Positions 1 through 8,786 of a stretch of DNA of 64,000 nt are shown here, in pieces. Position numbers and translations under genes: made by a program. Position 1 is the stretch's first letter. Each line of letters begins with the position of its first letter. The notes beneath the pieces were generated by a model. It was given only the letters and a program-made list of their open reading frames with translations, did no database searches and had not been told where the DNA came from. Source of the stretch: Anaerolineae bacterium (lineage in GTDB: Bacteria > Chloroflexota > Anaerolineae > CG2-30-64-16); NCBI GenBank assembly GCA_040772005.1, contig JAXGYZ010000002.1, positions 1 through 64,000 of the forward strand, given 5' to 3'.

Positions 1-75
1 CCGCACAGCCCTGTTGTGCCATGCCGAACGAACTTGACGGAGACCCCTGATTCGGTTATACTCGTTTCTTGCCAT

Positions 76-158
76 GCCGAAGTGGCGGAACGGTATACGC
101 GACGGTCTCAAACACCGTTGGGCATTGGCCCTTGTGGGTTCGAATCCCACCTTCGGCA
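76..158 (+). tRNA. tRNA-Leu, anticodon CAA
   Basis: Cloverleaf readable by eye. The acceptor stem GCCGAAG pairs with CTTCGGC. Anticodon stem ACGGT/ACCGT with loop CTCAAAC gives anticodon CAA. There is a long variable arm typical of Leu/Ser and a T-arm GTGGG-TTCGAATC-CCCAC. CCA is not encoded. Confidence 0.85.
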
Positions 159-297
159 TCTTACCCACCCGGCCAGGCGCTTTGGTTTTATCGTCACATT
201 ATAGCGCGTCCTGGCACAGCCCATGTGCAGGTATTATAGCAGCGTTACTGCGTTCGGGCCAAAGCCTACATCCCAAACACATGGGGACCTTTTCTGA

Positions 298-1590
298 ATG
301 CAACAGACCGCGTCAAACCCGTACAGGGAGACAACAAAGGTTCGTTGGTCACCCCTGCGCGGCGCCTTGATCCTGTGCGTCATACTCGTCCTGGCCGTCC
401 TGACTGCAGGGTGCGGCCGGACCGCCAGGCCCAATACCTCATCCCCCGCCGCCCGCGAAGCCAGCCTGAGAGAGATCGCGGCAGAATTTGCGCGTTCGGG
501 AGACCTGGCGCAAGCGCAGGCGCGCCTGGACGAACTGAGCTTCGCGAATCCGGGCCAACTGCTGGTCACCCTGGCCGAGACTGACCTGGGCGCAGGGCGA
601 TCGGCGGACGAAGTCAGGCCGCTGGCAGACCTGGCACAGGCCATGGGCGTCAGCAGCCCGAAGCTGGTGGCGTACTTTGCGCCCACGCTGGCGCCGACCG
701 ACACGCCGCCGCCCGACACGCCTGCACCCGCGACGCCGACGCCTGAGCCGCCGACCGCGGAACCGCCCACCGAGACGGCTACTGCACCGGCAGCCACCGT
801 GGAGCCGCCCACGGCCACGCCGACCGAAGCGCCGGCCACCCCGCGCGTCGTGGCGAACACTAACGCCAACGTGCGCAGCGGGCCGGGCCGGGCCTATCCG
901 GTCATCGGCAGCCTGCGGACGGGGCAAGAGGTCGAAGTCGATGCGCGCAATGCCAACGGCGACTGGTGGCGCATCGCCTGGAACGGGCAGGCCCAGGCGT
1001 GGGTCTCAGGCACGACTGTCCGTCTGCAGGGGCAGATCGACACGGTTGCAATCGCCGACAACATCCCGGCGCTGCCGCCTACCAGCACGCCGCGGCCCAC
1101 GACGCCGCCTGCCGAGCAGCCGACTAACCCGCCGGTTATCTCCGGGCCTGATTTCAGAGTTAGCGAAAAGCGCCTTTGGAATGTTGAGGAGAATGGCGGT
1201 GGTCATGACGGCCCTTCAGTTCATTGTGGTGACAAACGTGAACTTCATGTGACGGTTCTCGATGCAGCTGGAAACCCTCTGAATGGTGTAACCGTGAAGG
1301 CGAATCTCGGAGCCATGGAAGAAGTGGTAACTGGACACAAGGGCGTACCGGGAAGTGCTGAGTTCGTTCTTGGTGGGGGCCAAGAGATAACCATTATTCG
1401 AGATGTCGATGGACGCTCAGTCACCAGCGACTATGTCGCTGGCCTAACTACCAGATCACCTGACATACCCAGGGACATATTGATGGCCGCAGGATACTGC
1501 ACTGAAGACAATACCTGTGACGCTTTCCTTAAGCGAATGGGGTGCAACGGCCATCATTCCTGGACTGTGACCTTCCGTCGCGCGTACTAA
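298..1590 (+). CDS. Secreted (lipo)protein: signal peptide with lipobox LTAGC, PT-rich linker, bacterial SH3 (SH3b) domain, and an unnamed roughly 120-aa C-terminal domain shared with the next gene
   Basis: 430-aa ORF. N-terminal hydrophobic segment ending LTAGC. TPTPEPPTAEPPT low-complexity linker. Motif NVRSGPGRAYPVIGSLRTGQEVEV...WWRI typical of SH3_3. The C-terminal domain has VLDAAGNPLNGVTV and HHSWTVTFRRAY motifs paralogous to the C-terminus of ORF 1627-3387. Start uncertain: ATG 298 or an in-frame TTG giving MILCVILVLAVLTAGC. Confidence 0.6.
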   Translation: MQQTASNPYRETTKVRWSPLRGALILCVILVLAVLTAGCGRTARPNTSSPAAREASLREIAAEFARSGDLAQAQARLDELSFANPGQLLVTLAETDLGAGRSADEVRPLADLAQAMGVSSPKLVAYFAPTLAPTDTPPPDTPAPATPTPEPPTAEPPTETATAPAATVEPPTATPTEAPATPRVVANTNANVRSGPGRAYPVIGSLRTGQEVEVDARNANGDWWRIAWNGQAQAWVSGTTVRLQGQIDTVAIADNIPALPPTSTPRPTTPPAEQPTNPPVISGPDFRVSEKRLWNVEENGGGHDGPSVHCGDKRELHVTVLDAAGNPLNGVTVKANLGAMEEVVTGHKGVPGSAEFVLGGGQEITIIRDVDGRSVTSDYVAGLTTRSPDIPRDILMAAGYCTEDNTCDAFLKRMGCNGHHSWTVTFRRAY

Positions 1591-1626
1591 TCGTAATCGC
1601 CATCGGAAGCGAGGAGAGAATCGATA

Positions 1627-3387
1627 GTGAAAGAAGCCATGATGGAGAACACGCCGCTGTTCTCCGTATTAACGGAAGAACAGCGCTCGATCATCGCCAG
1701 CCGCATGATCCTGGCGAACCGGAGCGCGGGCGAGCTCATCTATCAACAGGGGCGACCGGCCACCGCCCTGTACCTCATCAAATCCGGCTGGGCTCGTCTC
1801 GTCACCGATCAGTACGCCGTGCTCGCGAACCTGAGCGCCGGCAGCCTGCTCGGTGAGGCCGACACCATCTCAGGCCGTAACTACAGCACCTCCGCCGAGG
1901 CCGCAAGCGACGTAACGGTGTGGGTGCTGGCCGCCAACGACCTGAAGGCCATCATGGCCGACTACCCCGAGATTGGCCGGGCCATCAAGCGGGCCGTGGG
2001 GCTGGGCGAGGAGCAGGCGCTCGTACGCCATCTGCGCCGCCTGGAGCTGCTGGGCGGGCTGAACAACAACCAGCTGCAGGAGATTGCAGAACATCTGCAA
2101 CCCGCGCGCTTCATTGCCGGGGAGACCATCTTCCGCCGCGGCAGCGAGGGCGACGCGCTGTACATCGTGGACCAGGGGCAGGTGCAGGTCAGCAGCGTGT
2201 CGGGCGCAGTGTCCAGCGCGGGGCCGGGCGAAACCTTCGGTGAAGGCGCCTTCCTGACCGGCGATACGCGCGCGACCGAAGTGACAGCACTCACGGACGT
2301 TGTCACCTGGTCGCTCACCCGCAGCGATTTCGAGACGCTGGCCCTGCGCTATCCGATCATGGCGCTCAACCTGAGCCGGGTCATCAGCCGCCGCCTCCAC
2401 GAGCGCAACCTGCGCGCGGAGCCGGTGGCCCCGGTCGTGCAGCGAGTCGCCGCGCCGCAACGCGCAGCCGCCCCCGCACCTGCCAGCACCGTGGTGGCCG
2501 TCAACAAGGCCGCGGACTCCGCGACCTCCTGGTGGGGCCGAAGCAGCCTCGGGGCCAAAGTCCGGCTCATCGCTATGGTCTTGTTGCTCATCTGGTTGCT
2601 CGGTGTGGCCGCACCGGCCATCATCATCTCGCTGCTGTCGCAGGCCCCCGCGGTGAGTTCTGCCCGCCCCATCGCCAGCTCGCAGATGTCGGTCGCCGAC
2701 AGCGCCATGCTGGTCGCGCTGGCCGCGGACCTGCCCGAAGAGACCATGCCCACCTACACGCCGTGGCCGACCGAGACGCCGATCCCGACGCCGACCTTCA
2801 CGCCGACCGCGACGCCCACGGAGACGCCCATCCCGACGGCCACGTTCACGCCGACTGAGACGCCTGTCCCGCCGACCGCGACGCCCATCCCGCCGACCGC
2901 GGCGCCGGTGCGCCAGGTCGTGCGCGAGGTGGCTGCGGCACCTGCGGCCCAGGCGCAGGTAGTGGCAGCCGTCGCACCGAAAGCAGCCCCGGCAGCTCAG
3001 CCGTCAAATCAGTTCACTCTGGTTGAAATGCGCCGGCTGGAGCCCTGCGAAAACCGCGGCATGCACAACATCTTCATAACGGTGGTGGATGCGGCAGGCA
3101 ACCCGGTGGACGGCGTGACGCTGGTCCAGTCGCCGGCGGGCGAGCCGGGCAACGTGGTGGACAAGAGCGTGTCCGGCACGAAAGGTCCGGGCAAGGCGGA
3201 GTTCATCATGTGGAAGTTCGCTGAGTATGCCGTGTATGTGACTACCGACGGGGCCAATCCGGGCAGCACGGACATTGCCCGCCCGCTCCACTCCAACTTC
3301 ACGGATGAGGCCAACTGCGCCGATGGCGGCGGCGGCAACACCCTGTTCCATAACTCGTTCACCGTCACCTTCCGCAAGAATTTCTAG
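1627..3387 (+). CDS. Membrane protein with two N-terminal cyclic-nucleotide-binding (CAP_ED) domains, one TM helix, an external PT-rich linker and the same novel C-terminal domain as the upstream gene
   Basis: 586-aa ORF. Two cNMP-binding-like blocks: FSVLTEEQRSIIASRMIL...GELIYQQG...ALYLIKSG and LGGLNNNQLQEIAEHLQPARFIAGETIFRRGSEGDALYIVDQGQV...GETFGEGAF. Hydrophobic helix IAMVLLLIWLLGVAAPAIIISLL. A TPT/PTP linker. The C-terminus carries VVDAAGNPVDGVTL and NSFTVTFRKNF motifs matching gene 298-1590. Confidence 0.6.
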   Translation: MKEAMMENTPLFSVLTEEQRSIIASRMILANRSAGELIYQQGRPATALYLIKSGWARLVTDQYAVLANLSAGSLLGEADTISGRNYSTSAEAASDVTVWVLAANDLKAIMADYPEIGRAIKRAVGLGEEQALVRHLRRLELLGGLNNNQLQEIAEHLQPARFIAGETIFRRGSEGDALYIVDQGQVQVSSVSGAVSSAGPGETFGEGAFLTGDTRATEVTALTDVVTWSLTRSDFETLALRYPIMALNLSRVISRRLHERNLRAEPVAPVVQRVAAPQRAAAPAPASTVVAVNKAADSATSWWGRSSLGAKVRLIAMVLLLIWLLGVAAPAIIISLLSQAPAVSSARPIASSQMSVADSAMLVALAADLPEETMPTYTPWPTETPIPTPTFTPTATPTETPIPTATFTPTETPVPPTATPIPPTAAPVRQVVREVAAAPAAQAQVVAAVAPKAAPAAQPSNQFTLVEMRRLEPCENRGMHNIFITVVDAAGNPVDGVTLVQSPAGEPGNVVDKSVSGTKGPGKAEFIMWKFAEYAVYVTTDGANPGSTDIARPLHSNFTDEANCADGGGGNTLFHNSFTVTFRKNF

Positions 3388-3410
3388 CCTGACGTTCTGC
3401 TAATCCGGCT

Positions 3411-3446
3411 GAGAGACGTCCCAATAATGGGGCGTCTCTCTTTTTT
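3411..3446 (+). terminator. Rho-independent terminator after ORF 1627-3387
   Basis: GAGAGACGTCCC-aataatg-GGGCGTCTCTC followed by TTTTTT. Confidence 0.8.
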
Positions 3447-3500
3447 ATGCCCTGAAAACGGGTATAATACCAACGTTCAGTGTCGATGTGGGACAGAGGA

Positions 3501-3552
3501 GTCCGCATTCTCAAATGCGGACGGCAGGCCGCTGTTCCGCGTCTGAGGACGC
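3501..3552 (+). repeat. REP-like hairpin element, family A, copy 1: GTCCGCATTCTCAAATGCGGAC plus a second hairpin GCGTC-TGAG-GACGC. It sits in the 5' leader of the acylase gene.
   Basis: Perfect 8-bp stem hairpin. The same core recurs at 43324-43345 (+) and as its reverse complement at 57160-57182. The flanking GGAGCGTCCTCAGACGCGGAAC is also shared with 57115-57140. Confidence 0.7.
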
Positions 3553-3628
3553 TCCACTTCGCATCTTTTCGAACGCTTGCGGCTTTCCCGCAGGAGTCGA
3601 GCAAACTGTGACTGCACTCTCTTCAGCC

Positions 3629-6103
3629 ATGAATATCGCCTTGCGCACGCTCGGCCGGGCACGCCGCCCGCGTATCAACGGCCGCTTACGGCTGCGAGGG
3701 GTGACCGCGCCGGTGGAGATCCTCCGCGACGCGTGGGGCGTGCCCCACATCTATGCGCGGAACATGCACGACCTGTTGTTCGGTCAGGGCTTCGTCCACG
3801 CGCAGGATCGCCTCTGGCAGATGGAATTTCAGCGGCGGCTCATCAGCGGACGGCTGGCCGAAGTACTCGGCCAGCCCGTGCTGGATATCGATCGCCATAT
3901 GCGGATCCTAGGGATGCGCCGCGTGGCCGAGCAAGAGGCCGGCCTGCTGAAAGGCGACCCGCGCGCAAAGGTGGAGGCTTACGCAGCGGGGGTCAACGCC
4001 GGCATCACGCGCCAACCCCTGCCCGTCGAATTCACGCTGCTGCGCTATCGCCCCGAACCCTGGACCCTCGCGGATTCGCTCTCCTGGGCCAAGATGATGG
4101 CGTGGAGCCTGTCCGTCAACTGGGAGACCGAACTATTGCGCGCGCGGTTGATCGAGGCGCTCGGCCCCGAGTTGGCCGCGGAACTGGAGCCGCGCTGGCC
4201 GGATCATTGGCCGGTCGTCGTGCCGTCCGCCGTCGCGACGGTCACAGACAGCCGCAGTACAGCGCCCGTGGCCGCGCCTGACCTGGGGCAACCCGGCCCG
4301 GTCGCGCCGGATGCCACGACAGCCGGACTTGCGAGCGGCGATGGCAGCCCTGCCGGCAGCAACAACTGGGTCGTCGCAGGCCGCCGCACACAATCGGGGA
4401 TGCCGCTGCTGGCCAACGACATGCACCTGCTGATGAGCGCGCCCGCCGTCTGGTACGAGAATCACCTGGTCTGCGAGGCCGTGCTCGATGTTACAGGCGT
4501 CACCTTCCCCGGCATTCCCTACGTCGTTGCAGGGCACAACGGCCGCGTCGCCTGGGGCTTCACCAACGGCTTCGCGGATGTGCAGGACCTGTACATCGAG
4601 CGGATGCGTGTGACAGCCGACGGCGATATCGAATATGAATACTGCGGGGGGTGGCGCCCGGCGGAGGTGCGGCGGGAGGTCATCCGGGTCAAGGGGAGCG
4701 CGCCCGTGGAACAGCCGGTCATCTGCACCCATCACGGGCCCGTCATCAATGAGCTGGCCCCCGGCCTGGCTGCACCCCCGCGTCCCATGCGCGAGGGCGT
4801 CGCCCTGCCCGATGTGCCGCTGACGCTGCGCTGGACCGCGCTGGAGCCGAACACGATGCTGGACGCGCTGTCCGGCATGAACCGGGCGGAGACGTGCCTG
4901 GCCTTCCGCGAGGCCTTACGCGGCTGGGAGACGCCCGTGCAGAACGTGGTGTATGCGGACACGCAGGGCAATATCGCGTACAGCTACCCGGGCAATATTC
5001 CTGTCCGCCGCCGCGGGGATGGTTCGGCGCCCGTCCCGGGGTGGACGGACGAGTACGAATGGCAGGGCTACATCCCGTTCGATGAGCTGCCGCACGCGTA
5101 CAACCCGCCGCAGGGGTTCGTCGTCTCCGCAAACAACCGCGTGACGGATGACGGCTATGCCCACTTCGTGGGCCGCGAGTTTGCGACCGGCGATCGCGCG
5201 CAGCGCATCATCGAGCAGATTGCTGCACACCCCAGGCTGGATATCGCAGCCGTCCGCCGGATGCACTTTGACACGGTCTCCCCTTCCATGCAACTGGTGG
5301 CCCTGCACCTGGGCCGGCTGACCGTGACAGCCGACGAACCGCAACTCGCAGCCATGCTCGACCTCGTGCGGGCGTGGGATGGGCAATTGGCACAGGACAG
5401 CCCGGCAGCCGCCATCTGCGAGGTGTTCGCCCGTCAATGGATGAGGGTGATCCTGGAGCCCAGGCTGGCAGCCGATGGGACCGCCGGCGGGCCGCCCTTG
5501 CTCGAACGGGCACTCGGTAAAGGCCCCACCCCGGTCATCCAGGAGGGCAGCTTCTTCGGCCAGCAGACCTGGGTATGGATGCTCAATCTGCTTGGAACGC
5601 CGGAGTCACATTGGTTCGACCTGGGCGGCGGGGAGATGCGCGAGGATGTGCTGCGCCTGGCGCTGGAGCGCACAGCCGCTTACCTGACGGAGAAGCTGGG
5701 GCCGCCCGAAGGCGCGGCCATGCGCAACTGGGCCTGGGGCCGGCTGCACACGCTGACCTTCGGCCACCCGTTGGGCATCGTCGCGGCCCTCGGCCAACAC
5801 CTGAATCGCGGTCCTTACCCGCTGCCCGGCGACGGCACGACCGTCTGGGCGACCGGCTCGGGCATGACGCCTGAGAGCAGCCGCGGGGTTGTTGCGCCGC
5901 CGTTCCGCTTCATCGCAGACCTGAGCGACCTGCGCAACTGCCTGGGGCTGCTGGCCCCCGGCAACTCAGGCCGGCCCGCCGGCCCGCACTATGACGACCA
6001 GATTGCCGCGTGGTATGCCGGGGAGTATCATCCGATGTTGTACGCGCGGGAGGATGTGGAGCGCGGGGCGAGAGACCGCCTGTGGCTCGAAGGAGCAGGG
6101 TGA
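3629..6103 (+). CDS. Penicillin amidase / N-acyl-homoserine-lactone acylase family (Ntn-hydrolase, S45)
   Basis: A family-typical N-terminal region (VTAPVEILRDAWGVPHIYA, DRLWQMEF) and a GSNNWVV processing site with the Ser nucleophile. The ORF track extends to 3488, but that stretch overlaps the repeat element. ATG 3629 (MNIALRTL) precedes the first conserved block and is the likely start. Confidence 0.75.
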   Translation: MNIALRTLGRARRPRINGRLRLRGVTAPVEILRDAWGVPHIYARNMHDLLFGQGFVHAQDRLWQMEFQRRLISGRLAEVLGQPVLDIDRHMRILGMRRVAEQEAGLLKGDPRAKVEAYAAGVNAGITRQPLPVEFTLLRYRPEPWTLADSLSWAKMMAWSLSVNWETELLRARLIEALGPELAAELEPRWPDHWPVVVPSAVATVTDSRSTAPVAAPDLGQPGPVAPDATTAGLASGDGSPAGSNNWVVAGRRTQSGMPLLANDMHLLMSAPAVWYENHLVCEAVLDVTGVTFPGIPYVVAGHNGRVAWGFTNGFADVQDLYIERMRVTADGDIEYEYCGGWRPAEVRREVIRVKGSAPVEQPVICTHHGPVINELAPGLAAPPRPMREGVALPDVPLTLRWTALEPNTMLDALSGMNRAETCLAFREALRGWETPVQNVVYADTQGNIAYSYPGNIPVRRRGDGSAPVPGWTDEYEWQGYIPFDELPHAYNPPQGFVVSANNRVTDDGYAHFVGREFATGDRAQRIIEQIAAHPRLDIAAVRRMHFDTVSPSMQLVALHLGRLTVTADEPQLAAMLDLVRAWDGQLAQDSPAAAICEVFARQWMRVILEPRLAADGTAGGPPLLERALGKGPTPVIQEGSFFGQQTWVWMLNLLGTPESHWFDLGGGEMREDVLRLALERTAAYLTEKLGPPEGAAMRNWAWGRLHTLTFGHPLGIVAALGQHLNRGPYPLPGDGTTVWATGSGMTPESSRGVVAPPFRFIADLSDLRNCLGLLAPGNSGRPAGPHYDDQIAAWYAGEYHPMLYAREDVERGARDRLWLEGAG

Positions 6104-6114
6104 AACAAAAGAGG

Positions 6115-6136
6115 AGCTTGCATCCTCAGATGCAAG
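6115..6136. repeat. REP-like hairpin, family B: GCTTGCATCCTCAGATGCAAGC, preceded by GAGGAG
   Basis: Perfect palindromic hairpin between convergent genes. Same loop and architecture as GTGCGCATCCTCAGATGCGCAC at 53263-53284 and related to family A. Confidence 0.6.
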
Positions 6137-6148
6137 CCAAACATTCCA

Positions 6149-7939
6149 TTACCGCCGCGTCAGACCCCACACAAACGCAACCGCGGCAGCGATCAGCAGG
6201 CCCGTGTTCAGGCCGCCCGGCCCCTCGCTCGCGCGCAGCAACACCCCCGCCCCCAATAGCCCGGTTGCCACCAGCCCCCACGTCAGCCGGTCCACCGAAC
6301 GCTCCAGCCGCCGAAGCGCCCGCGCCGTATCGGGCGCGAGGGCGACCTGCTGCACCAGGTCGCCCCGTTCGGCGCGCGCCAGGAAACGCTCCATCCTCGA
6401 TGGAAGGCGCAGCGCCAGGCGCACCAGCTCACCGACCTCCTCCAGGACCCCGCGCCACTCGCGCGAGAGCTGGTCGGAGGCCAGGCGCTCGGCGAAGGGG
6501 AGGGTCGCGGCCCACGGATCGAAGTTCGGGTCAAGTGTCGTCGCCATGCCGGAAAGGATCGCCACGGCGCGTATGGCAAAGAGGATGTCGGTCGGAAACT
6601 GGAACGGCATCTCGAACAGCAGGTCGCGATACTCGCGCAGCACAAACGGAATCTGCTGCATCGCGCTATCGGTCAGTTGCCCCATGCGCATCCCGCCGAG
6701 CCGTGCGAACAAAACCTCGTGCAATTCGTCCAGCCGCTGCCGGTCCGCGCCGGGCAGCATCACACCCGTATCGAAATAGGCCTGCACGAGCCGGTGCGCG
6801 TCGCGCGTGCCCACCGCGATGGCGACATCCCGCATGGCCGTCCGCATCCCCTCCGGCACGATTGCCACCATGCCGAAGTCTACGAAGATGAGCTGGAAGG
6901 GCCGCGACGCCGATGCCGGCGTGCCGGGCGGCGGGTCCACCGGGTGCACGAACAGGTTGCCGGGGTGCGGGTCTGCGTGGACGAAGCTGTGGACGAAGAT
7001 TTGCTCCAGATAGGTGTCATACAGCTTGCGAGCCACCTCTGCCCGGCTGATGCCCGCGGCCTCCATCGCGGGTATGTCGTCGATCTTGATGCTCGCCACG
7101 TTCTCCAGCGTCAGCACGCGGCGGGTCGTGACCTCCCAGAACACATCCGCGATGTAGACGCCGGGGTCGTTCGCAAAATCGGCGGCGAAGCGGTCCGCGT
7201 TGCGGCCTTCCTGCACGAAGTCGAGTTCCAGACGAGTCGTGCGTGAGAATTCGTCGTAGAGGCGATCCAGGTCCACGCGGCGGCTGGCGGGCGGGTACAG
7301 CTTGAGCCAGCTTGCGGCCAGGCGCAGCGCGGCCAGGTCGGTCTCCACCAACTGCTCGATATGGGGCCGCTGCACCTTGACCACGACCTCTTCACCCGTC
7401 ACCAGCCGCGCCTTATGCACCTGCGCCAGCGACGCGGCGGCCTCCGGCTCCGGCTTGAACCAGGCAAAGACCTCCCCGACCGGCCGCTTGAACTCGGCGG
7501 CGATGACCGCCTGCACATCGGCCAGCGTTTCGGCGGGCACTTCGTCCTGCAGGCCGCGCAGCTCCTTGGTCACGCCCTCGGGCAGGATATCCACGCGGAT
7601 GCTGAGGAACTGGCCCAGCTTGATGAGCACGCCGCCATACTCGATGGCGTAGCGGCGGAAGCGTCGGGCATGGCTCTTCCAGCGCGCCTGGCGGTTCGTG
7701 CGTACGTAGGTGCGGAAGCCCGGTACGCGCTGTAACACCAGGTCCCAGCCGATGAAGGACAGGAAGACGCGCGCAAAGAAGAAAGCCAGGCGCAGATAAC
7801 GGACCCGGTCGAGCGGACCCGACGGCGGGGTCTCCTGCACTGCGCCGCGAGCCAGTTCCGCCAGGTCCATGACCTTCGGCGCAGGCGCATCGGCGGCCCG
7901 GCGTTTGCGGCGTCCAAATTGCGATGGTGGGACAGGCAT
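6149..7939 (-). CDS. ubiB: ABC1/UbiB-family atypical protein kinase
   Basis: 596-aa ORF with the family-diagnostic ADPHPGNLFV and IFVDFGM motifs plus a C-terminal TM helix. The symbol is by family only. Confidence 0.7.
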   Translation of the reverse strand: MPVPPSQFGRRKRRAADAPAPKVMDLAELARGAVQETPPSGPLDRVRYLRLAFFFARVFLSFIGWDLVLQRVPGFRTYVRTNRQARWKSHARRFRRYAIEYGGVLIKLGQFLSIRVDILPEGVTKELRGLQDEVPAETLADVQAVIAAEFKRPVGEVFAWFKPEPEAAASLAQVHKARLVTGEEVVVKVQRPHIEQLVETDLAALRLAASWLKLYPPASRRVDLDRLYDEFSRTTRLELDFVQEGRNADRFAADFANDPGVYIADVFWEVTTRRVLTLENVASIKIDDIPAMEAAGISRAEVARKLYDTYLEQIFVHSFVHADPHPGNLFVHPVDPPPGTPASASRPFQLIFVDFGMVAIVPEGMRTAMRDVAIAVGTRDAHRLVQAYFDTGVMLPGADRQRLDELHEVLFARLGGMRMGQLTDSAMQQIPFVLREYRDLLFEMPFQFPTDILFAIRAVAILSGMATTLDPNFDPWAATLPFAERLASDQLSREWRGVLEEVGELVRLALRLPSRMERFLARAERGDLVQQVALAPDTARALRRLERSVDRLTWGLVATGLLGAGVLLRASEGPGGLNTGLLIAAAVAFVWGLTRR

Positions 7940-8005
7940 AGAATTCCTTCCTGTTACAGTGCCATTCTAGTCCGGTTGCCTCAGAGGGTCAATGTTCGGA
8001 GTTCT

Positions 8006-8033
8006 TTGACAGTTCGCGCCCGTTGCGTATAAT
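8006..8033 (+). promoter_or_regulatory. Consensus sigma70-type promoter (TTGACA-16 bp-TATAAT) for the tup-like ABC operon
   Basis: TTGACA at 8006-8011, a 16-bp spacer, TATAAT at 8028-8033, in an AT-rich patch of an otherwise GC-rich genome. Confidence 0.65.
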
Positions 8034-8072
8034 TCGCATGGTACAAATATACACTTCTCTCGGAGTCTCCTC

Positions 8073-8786
8073 ATTAACGGAACTGGGAACGGGCTCATTG
8101 AAGCGTTACGGCTGATCTTTGCCGGAGACGCCGCACTGGCCGAAATCGTTTCACTTTCGCTGCGCGTCTCCGGCATCGCGTTGTTCTTCAGCGCGCTCAT
8201 CGGCGTGCCGCTCGGCGCGGCGCTCGGCCTGGGCCGGTTCACCGGGCGCAAGCTGGTCGTCGCGTTCATGTATACCGGCATGGGCTTCCCGCCCGTCGTT
8301 ATCGGTCTGATCGTCTACCTGCTGCTGTCGCGCAGCGGGCCGCTGGGCAGCCTGAACTCGCCCCTCGTGCCCGCGCTCTTTACGCCCGGCGCAATGGTCA
8401 TCGCCCAATCCATCATCGCGTTACCGCTGGTGGCCGGCTTCACGATGGCTGCGGTGATGGGCATCGACGCAGGGCTGCGCCAGCAGGTGCGCGCGCTCGG
8501 CGCGACGAGCTGGCAGACGACGCTGACTGTGCTGGCCGAGGCGCGCATCGGCGTGATTGTCTCCATCATCGCGGGCTTCGGCGGCATCATCTCGGAGGTC
8601 GGCGCGGTCATGCTGGTGGGCGGCAACATCGAGGGCCGCACGCGTGTCCTGACGACCGCCATTGTCCTGGAGACGCGGCAGGGCAACTTCGAGCTGGCGC
8701 TGGCGCTGGGCGCGATCCTGCTGGCGATTACGTTCATCATCAACGTGCTCATGCTGCGCCTGCAGGGAAAGACGATGGACGAGTGA
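8073..8786 (+). CDS. ABC transporter permease, TupB-like (tungstate/molybdate-type). The start codon is non-canonical or uncertain.
   Basis: Conserved N-terminal region LIEALRLIFAGDAALAEIVSLSLRVSGIALFFSALIGVPLG is encoded in frame upstream of the ORF-track TTG at 8181. No ATG, GTG or TTG exists in frame between the stop at 8028-8030 (TAT followed by the promoter) and 8181. GGAG at 8062-8065 precedes an in-frame ATT at 8073, so an ATT or CTG start, or a sequence error, is implied. Confidence 0.55.
   Translation: MNGTGNGLIEALRLIFAGDAALAEIVSLSLRVSGIALFFSALIGVPLGAALGLGRFTGRKLVVAFMYTGMGFPPVVIGLIVYLLLSRSGPLGSLNSPLVPALFTPGAMVIAQSIIALPLVAGFTMAAVMGIDAGLRQQVRALGATSWQTTLTVLAEARIGVIVSIIAGFGGIISEVGAVMLVGGNIEGRTRVLTTAIVLETRQGNFELALALGAILLAITFIINVLMLRLQGKTMDE

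Noticed and set aside
18-80. 11-nt duplication GCCATGCCGAA overlapping the 5' end of tRNA-Leu as a possible att site
   Set aside because: Integrase att duplications normally involve the tRNA 3' end and are longer. No integrase or other mobile genes are adjacent in the window.
700-2900. PT/TPTP-rich nucleotide repeats inside several genes
   Set aside because: These encode Pro/Thr-rich interdomain linkers of secreted proteins. They are low-complexity coding sequence, not mobile or regulatory repeats.
1627-3387. Pycsar-like effector interpretation of the cNMP-binding membrane protein
   Set aside because: No nucleotide cyclase gene is nearby. The architecture has two CAP_ED domains, a single TM and a large extracellular domain. 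That differs from PycTM-type effectors.
3488-3628. N-terminal extension of the acylase ORF (and of ORFs 42493-43416 and 33481-33759) proposed by the ORF track
   Set aside because: The extensions read through a repeat hairpin or lack a signal. An internal ATG with better context precedes the first conserved block in each case.
234-6900. Many 60-300-aa antisense or overlapping ORFs in the six-frame track (for example 234-869, 439-927, 1870-2460, 4133-4735, 4916-5437, 6010-6891)
   Set aside because: They have Arg/Ala/Pro-rich compositions typical of out-of-frame translation of GC-rich coding DNA. They overlap well-supported genes and match no family.
7940-8100. Molybdenum-cofactor riboswitch upstream of the tup-like operon
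   Set aside because: The leader between the predicted TSS (about 8040) and the coding region is under about 60 nt. That is too short for the roughly 130-nt Moco RNA, and no conserved Moco motifs were seen.
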